A stretch of 64,000 nucleotides of DNA from positions 1 through 64,000 of the forward strand of contig JWZX01003143.1 of NCBI GenBank assembly GCA_001275005.1, read 5' to 3'. The DNA comes from Chrysochromulina tobinii. Lineage: Eukaryota. Shown in pieces: positions 51,894-63,900 of this stretch; the first letter of the stretch is position 1, and the number at the start of each line of letters is the position of its first letter. The notes under the pieces were generated by a model that saw only the letters and a program-made list of their open reading frames with translations, had not been told where the DNA came from and ran no database searches. The position numbers were made by a program, and so were the translations under genes.

Positions 51894-54800
51894 CTAGGAA
51901 GGGTACGCCGAAACAGTCGAAGCCGAAGCGAGCTTAGCCGACCGCACAGCTGCAGCGGCCGCCTTGTGCGCATAGAAGCTCGCCTCCTCTCCCGTCAGCG
52001 CCCACTGGGCCGCCTGGAGCCCGGCGCTGCCAAAGATGGGGTCGACCGCCTCGCGCACGAAATCGCTCGCGACGGGATCTCGCGCAATCTCACTCGTCAA
52101 GATGTGCTGGATCGCGGGTAGCCCGAGCTGCATGAACGCCTGGAGCTCCGCGTGCACGTTGCGCTGCGCGTTCTCACTCACCTCGGTGAGCTGGCGCACG
52201 AGCGCCGCCTGCAGCCGCGCCACCTGCTGCTGGTAGGCGCTCACGAGCTGCCTGGAGGTCTTCACGCACTGCTCCCGCTGCGTCGCCTCGATCTCCTTGG
52301 CCCGCATCGAGAGCAGACTCGAGAGAGCGTTACGTTTGAGCGCCGCGTCAGCATCGGAGGCGCCGCCACCGATGTGAATCGGCCCGAGCGACGGCGCCTG
52401 GAAGGCGCTCACGGCGGCGCTTGCCGCGGCGCCCACGGTGCTCGCAGCGTCTTGGCTTGTCCTGTGCTGCTCTGCATATCCGAGGTCACTCACGAAGCTA
52501 TTGCGCAGTTGGGCAATCAGCTGGTCCTCGGTGACGGCGCGTCCTTCACGAAGCAGCTCGACGCCCCCCCGTGCCGCTGCCACGACCGCCGTCGCCTTGC
52601 CCTCCGCCGGCTTGCCCTCTGCTCCCACTCCCCTCTCTGCGGCCTTCGCAGCAGCTCTCCGCGCGTGGCGCTCCGAGATCGCGGCTGCGGATGCCACGGC
52701 GTCGGGCTCGGGACCTGCCTCCACTCGACGCCGGCTGCTGCCGGGGGACTTAGCCCTGCCGTCATCCGGCCCGACCACGCTGACGATGCTGTTGTCCGCG
52801 GCGCCACGGCCGCGACGCGACGCAGGTGAAGCGGATCTGGCGCGGTCACGCCTTTCTGGCGAGGCGGCCCTGGAACGCTCGCGTCGCTCCGAGAGGTCCG
52901 CCGCGGCCTCGCGCAGCGCACGTTGCATCGCCGACTGCAGCACGGCAGGGGAGGCGTCGACGCCGTGAGCGTAGACGGCCTCTCGAGCGGCCGCGAGCTC
53001 AGGCGAGATTGAGGGCGAGCGCGCGCAAGATCGCGGCGGCGAGGGCGGGGGGCCTGGGAGGCTAGGCCCTGGGAGACTCCTCGCGAGATGAATGTCGGCC
53101 GCCCCTCTCGCCGCCCTCGCCGCTGCCGCGGTGGCGGCGGCGGCGGCCCTCGAGGCCCGGTCAGCCTCCATCTCGGCAGCCGTCATCGCCCCACCCTCGC
53201 GGTAGGGTCGACGAGTCGACCCCGGCGTCGGCGGCGGCGCATAGATCTCTACCGGCACCTGCTGCGTCGGCCGCGGTGGCACGAAATAGGAGCGCCCACG
53301 GCCAGTGTGGCTGCCAGTGTGGCTGCCAGTGTGGCTGCCAGTGTGGCTGCCAGTGTGGCTGCCAGTGTGGCTGCCAGTGTGGCTGCCACCGAGCTCGCCA
53401 CCTCGAGATCGCAGGTAGGTCGCCCGATCTCGTCGGATCTGCCGTCGCATCTCGACGCTCGCGGCGTTGTGGTGCAGCCGCGCACTCGCAAGACGATCAC
53501 TCGTCGGCCCGCTGCTCGCGGGGGCGATGCGCGTGAGGTCGTATCCGCCGCCAACACGTGGTGGCAACTCCCTACGCAGCTGCGGCTCTGTACCGGTCGC
53601 GTAGTGGAGCGCCATGCCGAGCGGCTCGACGATGCCGTTGGCATCGTGCGTGCGGTAGGGGACATACGTCTCGACTGGCACATGGCTCGACGACGAGATG
53701 GACGCTGCTGCAGCGGAGACCGCCTCTCGCGCCGCCTCGCGTGCGGCCGCCGCGTGCGCCGCCGCGCCTCGTGCCATCGAGCGATGAACAGGAGGCCACG
53801 CGGAGGAGGCCTCGGTGACACGAAGTCCATCGTCGTCGGGCCGCGCGTGCGCGGGCGGGGGGCGTGGCAGCTGCGAATCCCGCGGGGAAGTTGAGCGCTG
53901 CACGCGCTGCTGCGGGCGCGGCGACGATGCCACCGGCGCGTCTGACGCCGGCGCGTGCGCACGGCTGGACCCCGTGGCATACCTCAGCTCTTGCATCGAT
54001 GTCCCCACAGACTCGTCGGAGGGCGCGATAGCCTCGGGCAATGGGAGCGCCGCGTCGGGTGGAGAGCCGCCGGGCGACGGGGCCGAGGAGAGTGACGAAA
54101 CGCCGCCGCCGCCGCCGCGGCGCGCAGACATGGACGCGAGGTACGGTGGCGGCGGCGGAGCGGCGGCCGCCGCATCGAGCGCACGTACGCAGGCGATCCC
54201 ACCGTCGGCTGAGTCGACCGCGCGCCAGTAGCCGCCGCGCTCTTGGATGTCATGGATGAGACGGTTGAACTCGTACAAGTCCAATTTGCCGTCGGGTCGC
54301 ACCTCGTACGCTGCGATGATACGTGCCGTCGCGCTCGCGGACAAGTCCATCCCGTAGTGCTGCAGCGCGTCGCGCAGCTCGCGGTAGTCGAGGAAGCCAG
54401 AGATGTCGCGGTCAAAGTGCTCAAACGCCGCCACCACGCGTGCCGGCACAAGCGACCTCGACGGCGGCTCGAGGTGCGGTCGAGATGGCTCGAGATTCGG
54501 TCGAGATGGCTCGAGGTGCGGCCGGAGCGGCGGCGGCCTGGGCGGGGGTGGCGGCGGGCGCCAAGGCTCGCGGGCGCCGTGTCCGCCACCGTCAGCCCCG
54601 CTGTTGTCGCCCCAGACGTCGTCGCCCCAAAGATCGTCCAGAGCCTGGCCTTGCGGCGGCAGCGCGGGCGGCGAGAGCAGCGGCGGTGGCAGCGGCGGGC
54701 CGCCACCAACCCGACGCTCCGCAAACTTGTACGCGGAGACAAGATCGTGGATATGGATGGCACGCTGGCGCGCCTCGGGCAGCAGCCCAAGCTCGTCGGC

Positions 54801-55598
54801 GACCCAGCCGCTCAGCTCGCGAGCGAACGACTCGTCGCTGCGCGCACGCAGCAGCGGCGCGAGCGTTCGCAAGAGCTCGACGGCACCGCGGTGCTGAGAA
54901 ATCGCCTCGGCGTGAAGGCACTTGATCGCGAGCTGGGTGACAAAGTGCACGTCCGTCTCGGGCAAGTGTACGCCCACGAGCTGCGTGGCGCGCGAGAGCG
55001 GCGCGAGCGCCTCCGCGGGCGGCGGGTCGCCTAGCTTGGTGAGCACCTTGAGCAGCGCGCGCATTGTTGGGAGCATCGCCTCCGCGCGCAGCATGTCGGA
55101 CGGCAGCTCGAGCATCACGCGATGCACGGCCAGCAGGCAGAAGCGCGAGCGCACCGAGCCGGGGTTGGCCGCCGCCGCGCCGCCAATGATCGGCGCTACG
55201 AGCGAGCGCAGCGCATCCGCCGAGACCGGAAGCCCTGTTGCATGGGTTGCCAGCGCATACCGCGCAAGGTTGCCGACAGTGCGCAACAGCTCTTCGTCGA
55301 CAACTGGCACCTGGCCGCCGAACAGGGCGACCATTCGGCGCGATACCTCGGGCAGTCGCGGCAGCAGCGCGTTGCCGTGCATGATCGCTCCATAGGAGAC
55401 GAGCCGGCAGCGCTCCCTCTTGATCGGCGCCGCCTCCTCGGGGCCGAGCGTGTCCATTCTGGTCCAATCGAGGAGCGCGCAGATGGCATCGACGGCCGCA
55501 TCAGCATCAAGCGTGTCGATCAACGCTCGAGCCTGGTCGAGCACGTCTTCGTTGGGAGCGGTTGTAAGTGAATCGATGAGGCTTGCCAGCTCCTCCAT
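51894..55598 (-). CDS. Large protein: helical (HEAT-like) N-terminus, EF-hand pair, low-complexity region and C-terminal coiled coil
   Basis: AFEHFDRDISGFLDYRELRDAL and YEVRPDGKLDLYEF EF-hands; likely start MEELASL at 55598. Confidence 0.65.
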   Translation of the reverse strand: MEELASLIDSLTTAPNEDVLDQARALIDTLDADAAVDAICALLDWTRMDTLGPEEAAPIKRERCRLVSYGAIMHGNALLPRLPEVSRRMVALFGGQVPVVDEELLRTVGNLARYALATHATGLPVSADALRSLVAPIIGGAAAANPGSVRSRFCLLAVHRVMLELPSDMLRAEAMLPTMRALLKVLTKLGDPPPAEALAPLSRATQLVGVHLPETDVHFVTQLAIKCLHAEAISQHRGAVELLRTLAPLLRARSDESFARELSGWVADELGLLPEARQRAIHIHDLVSAYKFAERRVGGGPPLPPPLLSPPALPPQGQALDDLWGDDVWGDNSGADGGGHGAREPWRPPPPPPRPPPLRPHLEPSRPNLEPSRPHLEPPSRSLVPARVVAAFEHFDRDISGFLDYRELRDALQHYGMDLSASATARIIAAYEVRPDGKLDLYEFNRLIHDIQERGGYWRAVDSADGGIACVRALDAAAAAPPPPPYLASMSARRGGGGGVSSLSSAPSPGGSPPDAALPLPEAIAPSDESVGTSMQELRYATGSSRAHAPASDAPVASSPRPQQRVQRSTSPRDSQLPRPPPAHARPDDDGLRVTEASSAWPPVHRSMARGAAAHAAAAREAAREAVSAAAASISSSSHVPVETYVPYRTHDANGIVEPLGMALHYATGTEPQLRRELPPRVGGGYDLTRIAPASSGPTSDRLASARLHHNAASVEMRRQIRRDRATYLRSRGGELGGSHTGSHTGSHTGSHTGSHTGSHTGSHTGRGRSYFVPPRPTQQVPVEIYAPPPTPGSTRRPYREGGAMTAAEMEADRASRAAAAATAAAARAARGAADIHLARSLPGPSLPGPPPSPPRSCARSPSISPELAAAREAVYAHGVDASPAVLQSAMQRALREAAADLSERRERSRAASPERRDRARSASPASRRGRGAADNSIVSVVGPDDGRAKSPGSSRRRVEAGPEPDAVASAAAISERHARRAAAKAAERGVGAEGKPAEGKATAVVAAARGGVELLREGRAVTEDQLIAQLRNSFVSDLGYAEQHRTSQDAASTVGAAASAAVSAFQAPSLGPIHIGGGASDADAALKRNALSSLLSMRAKEIEATQREQCVKTSRQLVSAYQQQVARLQAALVRQLTEVSENAQRNVHAELQAFMQLGLPAIQHILTSEIARDPVASDFVREAVDPIFGSAGLQAAQWALTGEEASFYAHKAAAAAVRSAKLASASTVSAYPS
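53301..53384. repeat. 12-mer minisatellite gccagtgtggct x7 in coding sequence (SHTG repeats)
   Basis: Perfect tandem array read directly from the sequence. Confidence 0.95.
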
Positions 55599-55831
55599 TG
55601 TAGCGGAGCGTAGTACTTCGGGCGCGGTTCGGGCTTCGTGGCGCGGAAAGCGCTTGTCGAGAGAATGAAGCGGCCAATCAAGTTTGAAAAAGTTCTTCTT
55701 CCTTCGGGACTCGAACACGATTTTGACCTCTTGATGGACTGCAGCGTTGGTGAAGGCGCGTTCGTAACTACAGTCCCACGTTCGAGCCCCCGTCCCCCGG
55801 CGTCTTTTTACCGGTCTGGCTCGTGGTCACA

Positions 55832-56448
55832 ATGGCCGATGAGCCTGAGCCAGCTATCCCGGCCGACCCGGAACTCGTGAAGCGGATCACGATGCTTGCT
55901 GAGCGTGTAGCGAAGAAGCCAGATTTTGAGTCTATAATGCGTGAGAAGCAGGGGTCCGATCCTGACTGGGCCTTTCTCAACGATGGCGAGGGCGCGGACT
56001 TCTACGAGTCCGAGAAGCTCCGGCATCAACAGATGCTCGCGGCGCAGATGCGGGAGCAGTTTGCCGCAGCGCCCCCCGACCTCGCGCGCCCCGACCTCGT
56101 CATGCGACCTCCGCCTGGCTCAACGGGGTACCCGGTGCCGCCGCCTGGCCCAAGACCGCCTCCCGGCCCACTTCCTGCCTACGGTGTCAGTGCCGGCTAC
56201 GGTGGACCGTCGCCGGGCAATGGAGGATCGGCGCCCAGCTACGGAGGGGGTGGAGGCGGCGGTCGTTCGGGTTACCGGCGTGCCGATGACGGCATGGGGC
56301 GTGTGGACGAGGCACGGGTCGAGCAGCTGCTCGTCGAGCGCGAGGGCTACCGGCGGCAGCGCGACTATGAAAACGGCGACCGCATCAAGATGTCGCTGAC
56401 CGCCATGGGCGTGCGCATCGACGATAAGGAGAAGACCTGGTCACTCTC

Positions 56449-56498
<50 letters not shown>

Positions 56499-56574
56499 GC
56501 TACGGCGGTGCCCCTGGCGGCTACGGCGCGGTCGGCAGCTATGGCGGTGCTGGTGGCAGCTATGGCGGTGCGTT

Positions 56575-56608
<34 letters not shown>

Positions 56609-57458
56609 CATGAGTATACTCGCGAGCCCGGAGATTACGCGCCGATCGACGTGGCCCGGGTCGATGAGCTGCTCAATCAGCGCATCGCCGCCAAGAGGGC
56701 ACGCGACTTCAACAATGCGGATACGCTACGCGACACGCTGAAGGCCATGGGCGTTGAGATCAATGACCGCGAGAAGACTTGGCGGGTCGGTCGTGGCGGC
56801 GGCGGCGGCGGCGCCGCCGCCCCCCCCGCCGGCGGCGACCGAAACTCGTTCCGACGTGATGACGACGGCTCGGTACCGGTCGACGCGGTCAAGGTCACGG
56901 GCTTGATCGCCCAGCGGCAGCAAGCCAAGATGGGCCGAGACTTCGCAACGGCCGACTCGATCCGCGAAGTGCTCCGCGGGATGAATGTGATCCTCAACGA
57001 TGAAGAGCGCACATGGAAGATGCGGGGGGGCGGGGGCCGCCAGAGGAGCTCCACCACCGCCAGCCACGTATGGCGGCGGAGGCAGCAGCGGCGGCTTCAG
57101 TGGTGGTGGTGGAAACGGCGGCTTCGGTGGTGGTGGTGGCGGCGGCGGCGGCGGCTATGGCGACCGCGGCTACGGCGGCGATCGCGGCGCCGACCGCGGC
57201 GCCGACCGCGGCTACGGCGGCGATCGCGGCGGCGATCGCGGCGGCGGCGGGGGTGCTTTCGGCGGTGGAGGCGGTGGAAGCGGCTACGGAGGCGGGAGCC
57301 AAAGGCGCAAGAACACTGAGGAGGATTTTGGCGACTTCAGCTCAATGCGCCGGCAACGACAGGATCGCGACGACGACCGCGACGGGCGACGACGGGATGA
57401 CGACCGCGACCGCGACCGCGACCGCGACGACCGTCGCGGCGGAAGCAAGTTCTCTTAG
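55832..57458 (+). CDS. SURP/SWAP domain + 3x cysteinyl-tRNA-synthetase C-terminal (anticodon-binding-like) repeats + RGG/Gly-rich tail; +1 frameshift at G7 run 57024-57030
   Basis: RITMLAERVAKKPDFESIMREKQGSDPDWAFL (SURP). Three repeats of R..AK..RDF..AD.IR..L..MGV.I.D.EKTW. The Gly/Arg/Asp-rich tail continues in ORF 57000-57458. Confidence 0.75.
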
Positions 57459-57993
57459 CTAAAGAGACGTTCGGCGTGACGCTCGGACCACGCAAAGAGA
57501 AACAACGTGTGAGGCCGCACACAACAGGGCCATGGGCGGTGCTGAGGCGCCAGGATGAACGGATTGGAAGAAAGCACAACGCCGACGCGAAGTCATGTTC
57601 GTGTGGTAATCATGGTGGTACCGCATACAGCCTGCTGTGCTCGGGCGGCGGCCGTCGGGGCTTGGGGGAAGTACCGCGCTGTGAATCGGGGGGCGGGCAC
57701 GGGGCAGCACACACGGCATTATCGATCAAAAAACTTCAACGTTATTCAGGGAATCTGCAATCCCCCAGGGCGCCGTTTTTTAACTACACGAAACCGGTGC
57801 GCGCAAACGGACGTTGACCGGATAACGCAGTATAACGTGACGGCTGACGCGTCGGTGCGGTGTGACGGTATAGGGACGTCAAACACATGCTAAGGATGGA
57901 GAACTAAGTCTCTAAGTGCTCTAAAACCGGCCGTCTAAAACCGGGAGAAACGGACCCCCCCTATAAGTGGCGCGACGAACGTCGCTACGAAGT

Positions 57994-60900
57994 CTAGGAG
58001 CGTGGCCGGCTCGTTGGTGGTTTCTTGCCGGTGGGCTGCTCCTTGGTCGCTCGAGGTGTTCCCTTCGGGATCGCCGAGGCAGACGCAGAGCCCTGAGCGG
58101 TTTCAGAGGAACTCTTCGGAGACACCATCCGTGGCGATTGTACGGACCGTGGCGACGGATCCTTATACGAATTCTCCATGCTGCCTTTGATGGCGCCTTT
58201 CTTCTTGGGAGGCGCCGCTTTGTCGCTCCTCTCCACGGGAGGCGAAGGGGTCCGACCGAGGAAGGATTCACCTCTCACCACGGGAGCTGGAAGTGCATTT
58301 GTGTCTGCATCCTCGGCCCCATTGTCCCATTCAGCAGCCGCTGCAGGAGCCTCGGCCAATGCCTCCGTTGGTTTCTCGTCCTTCTGCTCCTTCTTCTGGC
58401 GTGCAGACTTTGGTTCCTTTTTTTGAGGACCCGCGAACGCATCTGCTGCGGCAGCCGCAGCTGCTGCGGCAAGCGCTGCATCTTCCTCCGGGGTCCGCGT
58501 TCTGCGGGCCGGCGGATTAGGATCGACACGAAGGTGATCAGGACGCACAAATCCGCCGAAGTCGGCGGGACATTCGAACAAGCGACGTCCCTTGACCGCG
58601 CCATCATTTTTCCCCACTTGGAGGTCATATAGCACTCCCACCCAATAGCCAGGCGCTATCTCAGGAATCTTGCCGACGTAGCGTACCTCGGCCAGCCGGC
58701 CGCCAGGGTCAACGACCACACGCTCGCCGATCTTGAATTTCCTGGCGATGTCAGCCATGTGCTCGTCGTTGATTTGTACTTTTTGCGGAACTTGGCTCAT
58801 CATCCACACAGCCGGATTAGCCGCGAGCTCCGCATGGTAGCGCATCAGCCTCGGCGAAGGCGGCGCCTCGGCCATGCTCTCAGTCGGATCGGGATAACCG
58901 AGGAGCTTGAGAATCTCGATGGATTGGTTGCGCAACCAGTTGGCGGGCCCAAGTGCAATCGACATCAGGGGCCCGGGTCCTCCCACAGTTTTGATTACCT
59001 CTCGCCCTGCCTCGTCATTGGCCAGGCAGACCAGCGTTGCAGCAGCGAAGCCCTGAGTTTCGCTCTCAAAGTCCCGCAGCAACTCGACGAGCCGTTCGAC
59101 AGCTCCTTCGGCGTCGATGATCATCTGCCTGTTCCGGGAATCCTGAGCCAAACCCCACAGTGCGCAGGTCGCATGCTTCTGCGCTGACGTCGAGCCCTCA
59201 GACATCAGAACGACCAGCGGAGCAATCGCACCCTCTTGAAAGATGAGCTTACGATTGGCCATCTGGCTTCGTGCGAGCTCGGAGAGCACGGCAGCCGCCG
59301 ATTCCTTCGACTCCGCGAGAGAGCGCCGATCCTGCTCATTCGATTCTGGCTCCTCGCCGCCTTTGAGCCCTTCATTTGGCTCAGGGGCGACGGATTTTTT
59401 CAGGAGAGCTACGAGCGGTGGGATGCCGCCTGCCTCAACGATCGCACTTTTGTTTTCAGCCGAAGTGGCAACTTGCCACAGAGCGTTCGCGGCATGGCGC
59501 TGCCCGTCCACGGTGCCTGTGCTCAACATTGCCACAAAGCGCACGATGCCGCCTTTCCTCACGATCTCGTCCTTATTTTCGGCACTCGCGGAGAGATGGC
59601 GCAACGCGCAAGCAGCATAGGTCTGTGCATCTTCGCACGAGCTGTTGAGCATCGTGACGAGAGGCGCAATTCCACCAGCCCTGGGTATCTCGACCTTCGA
59701 TTCGGCCAGCCGTGCCAGATCGGCAAGCACAGCCGCCGCACGCTCTGGAGGAGTGTTCTTATCCGCACGCTGCCCATTGCCAAGTAGTCCGACGATTGGC
59801 TCAATGCCACCAGCCTGCACGATCGCCGTGCGGTTCATCAAAGTGCGACCAGACAGGACCGCAAGTGCCTGTGCTGACTTGAGCTGCGCCGCCGTGTTTT
59901 TGCCCTGGAGCACGCCGACGAGACGCTTAACTACTGTGCCCAAGCATACGGGGATGCTTGCCATGCAGATGAGCGCGTTCATAGCTGATTCTTGAGTCTC
60001 GCTTTGTTCTGATCCCAGAAGGGCGGTCAAGGGGGAATGGGCGGCCTCCTGATGAAGAGCGGCTTGGATTTCGGTGACGTCAGACGCTAGCAGCGCCAAC
60101 GCCGTCGTGACGTACCGCTGCGCAAGGGCGCTGCTGTTCGAAAGTAACGCAACCAAAGGTGGGATGCCGCCCGCTCGCAGAATCAGCAGCTTGTTGTCTT
60201 TGTCAGGCGAAATTGCAGCAATTGCCTTCGATGCATTTTCTTTGCATTCGCGCCGCTCATCAGCCGAAAGAAGCTCAACCAGAAGTGGGATGCCACCCGC
60301 TGCAGCCACCTTAGCCTGGTTGGCGGGCACGTTGAGCGCGAGCGTTGCAAGTGCTTCCGCTGCTATTATGTGAGACTCGAGCTGGCCCTGGTCTGCTGAT
60401 GCTGAGCCGGATGGCTTGCTGATGCTGGCGCTGCTCCTGAGCATCTCGACTAACGGCGGAATAGCTCCGGCTTCAGCAATGCGCACCTGCAGCCCCTCGT
60501 GCTCGCGAGCGATGGCTGCTAGAGCTCGGGCTGCGCTATCAACAAGAATGCTCTTGTCAGCGCATTGAAACCATGCGACCAAGTGCGGAATAGCCCCAGC
60601 CTTGGCGATGAGCTCTTGCGTCTCCGAACTTCGAACAGCCATCCGGCCAAGGCCGAGAGCTGCCTGCTTCTTGGAACCAATATTGCTATTTGGTCCGCTG
60701 AGCAGCGCGACCATCTGGACGATCCCCGACCGCTGGATGATCTGTTCATCATTACCTGCGTCAATGCAAAGGCATGCCAGCACCATTGCTGCATGCTCCT
60801 GTGAATCCGCACTCAGCTGTCCCTTGCTCATGGACTCGATGAGGGCCGGAATGCAGCCGAGTGTTGCCATATCTTTGCACCGAGAGGCATCTGTGATCAT

Positions 60901-63900
60901 CGACAGACTCCACAGCGAGTACTCTTGAGCCTCCACACGGCCGTCCTTCAGCCCAGACTGAAGCAGCTCAACGAGAGGTTGCACGCCTCCAGACATAACA
61001 GCATCCCGTTGAACCTTCTTGGTGTCGCCGCCGGCTTCGCCGCCTTCGCTGTTGTCGCGCAGCGCGGCGCCGGCACGCTGACGCACGTCGGGATTCGGGC
61101 TGCTGAGCAGAGAGACTAAGTGCTGCGTGACTTGTACGCGCAAGCCGGAGGACATGAGGGCGATCTGAGCGAGAGCATTGGAGGCCATGTTTTGGGACTT
61201 TTCGGATCCGATCTCTAGCTGTCGGACGATGTGCTTGATCGCCAGTGCTCGGGACAAAGCGTCTCGAACGGACCCGCCCAAGTTGTCACGATCAAGCGAC
61301 ATGGTGTAGATGACTCGAGTCGCATACTCCTGTGCCTCGACGCGAGTGACTGGACTGGATAGCAAATGGCAGAGCTTGGAGGCGATGATGAACTGGTTTT
61401 CCTTGTTTTCTATCGCAAGCGTGAGCAACGCCTGGACCACGAGCTCCTTGGTCTCAGCTGTTGCTCCATCGAAGAGTCGGACGAGGTGTTCGATCCCGTC
61501 TGCATCGGCGATCATGCCGCGATTCTCTGCACGTTGTGCAAGGACGGATAGGGCACCTGCGGCCGTCTCTTGGGCCGTGGCGTTCCTTGCTCCATATTTG
61601 ATCAGCTCGACCAACTCTGGTATGCCCTTAGCTTCAGCAATGAGCATCTGGTTCTTGGGGTCCGCGGAGAGACTCCAGAGGGCGCCAGCTGCCTCTCGAT
61701 GAGTCTCTGGGTGGTCACCGAGCATTGCGATCAGCAATGGAATACCACCCGCGTCCGCAATCATCACCTGGTTGTTTCTATTGTCTTTCGCGAGGCCCCA
61801 CAGCGCTGATGACAACTCCCCCTGCGTCAGATGGTGCACGCCTGATGGGCGTCGCTCGGCATCAGATGATGCTCGTCTGATATCATCGTCATCATCTTGC
61901 TCCGCGCCTTCTTCCTCCTCAGTCGCCGATACATCGGCCATCTTCGAGGGCTGCTTTGAGGCAACCACCGGTGGACTCCACTTAATGGGTTCGAGAAGTG
62001 AGACTATGAGTTTGACGGCGCCAGCCTTTGCAAGTGCGTCCTGGTTCGTAGTGTTCGCCTTGGCGAACCGAGAAAGTGCCCGTGCGGCTTTTTCCCGTGT
62101 GTTTAGGATCGCACTTGACTCGCGCAAATTCTCCACGAGGAGCTTTGCAACCCGAGTCTGATTCTCCGAGTGATTGAGGGCAAGGCTCGCGAGCGCCCCT
62201 GCCGCCTGCTTCTGGCCCCTGTCAGTCGATTTGCCGACCAAGCGCACGAGGGATTCGATGCCCTGGGCGGCGGCAATTGCGTCCTGATTCGCAAAATTAG
62301 TTGATGAGAGCGTCCACAGAGCTCCAGCTGCTTCTTCTTTGGGCAACTCAGTTAGTGCATGTTCGACCAGAGCGATGAGAGGCTCAATGCCTCCGAGCTC
62401 TGTGATTAACTTTTGATTGTCGAAGTGGTCACGCGCGAGTTCGGCGATAGCCTTTGCGAGGTTGGACTGCAACTTGATTTGGATATCGTCGATGCCAGCA
62501 AAAGAAATACTGTCCTTGGTTAAAGCCCTTAGTCTCCTTGTCTCCGCCCTTTGCAGTCTCCGCCCTTGGTCTCCCGCCTGGGCCACGACCACTTCGGGGG
62601 CAGCTGACAGGGATCCCTTGAGCAGATTGACAAGCAGCTCGATCCCACCCTCAAGCTTGATTCTATCCTGCGTTATCTTCGCACCGCCAGCGATGTGAGC
62701 TAGCGCAAGAGCCGCCTCGAGCTGCGCCACACGATTGTCTGTTGTGAGCAGCTTGACAAGGGGCTCGATGGCACCACATTCACCAACTTTTTCAGGATGG
62801 CCGACGGCGATTTTACCAAGTGTGCTCGCGACTTGAGCTCGTACATCAACAGTGTGGTCCGAGAGCAATAGTGCAGCAAGCACTGGAATTCCTCCTTCAC
62901 TTGCAATCGTCATGGCAAGCTCTTGATCTTTGCGCGTCATATCGGCGAGAACAATCGTCACATACGCCTGAGATTCCGTGCCACCAGTATTGAGCAGTGC
63001 GACCAATGGTGGGATGCCATTCGCATTTGCGATCGCATCCACATTCTCGGGCTGGTCGCCGGACAACTTTGACAGGACTGCCGCCGCAAGCATCTTCACC
63101 TTGGGCGACTCGGCCTTTAACTGCTGGACGAGCATCTTAAATGGTCCCGCTTTGGCTATCGCCTTACGATTGTTTCCATCAGCCTGACCATCGGAGAGGG
63201 TCAGCAGGAGCTGCGTCACATATTCCTGTGCTAGCTCGGTACCAACGCCAAGAAGTGCAACAAGGCCGACTGCAATCGCTATCTGGTTCGTCGGGCCGGA
63301 GTCTGCAAGAGTGTAGAGCGTGCGTGCGGCCTCCTGCCGCCCTTCTTCTGTCTTGCCGTTACTCAGCACGGTCACGAGCGGCGAGATGGCCCCCGCGTTT
63401 ACGATCACTGCCGGCGCTTGCTTGTGATCTTTTGCAAGGTTCTGCAGATCGGTGGCCGCACGAGCAACTACTGTGGCATCCTCGTGATCCAGAAGCCCGA
63501 CAAGACGCTTTGCAATCTGTGCCTGGTTATCGGTGTTTTCAGTCGCCAAACGTGTCAGAGCATCAGATGCGTGCCGCTGCGCCGTCATAGTACCTTCGGC
63601 AAGCAGACTAACGAGAGCTTTGATGCCTCCGTTAGCGGCAATATTCGCCTGGCTTTCATTGTCAATCGCGAGATGCCACATGGCTGCCGCAGCCTTCTCC
63701 CTCCCCCCCGGAGTGCCGTTCTCACATAACTTGATCAATGGCGGAATGCCGCCAGAGTCGTTGATTGTCACAAGCACGTCGAGTCCTCCTGGGATGGGTG
63801 GCAATTGCTGGGCGTTGTGCTTGGTCGCCAATTTCTTGACGAACGAAGGGTTCACATCACCGGCGGCGTCGAGGTTCCCCATTTCTGAGCCGAGCAGGGC

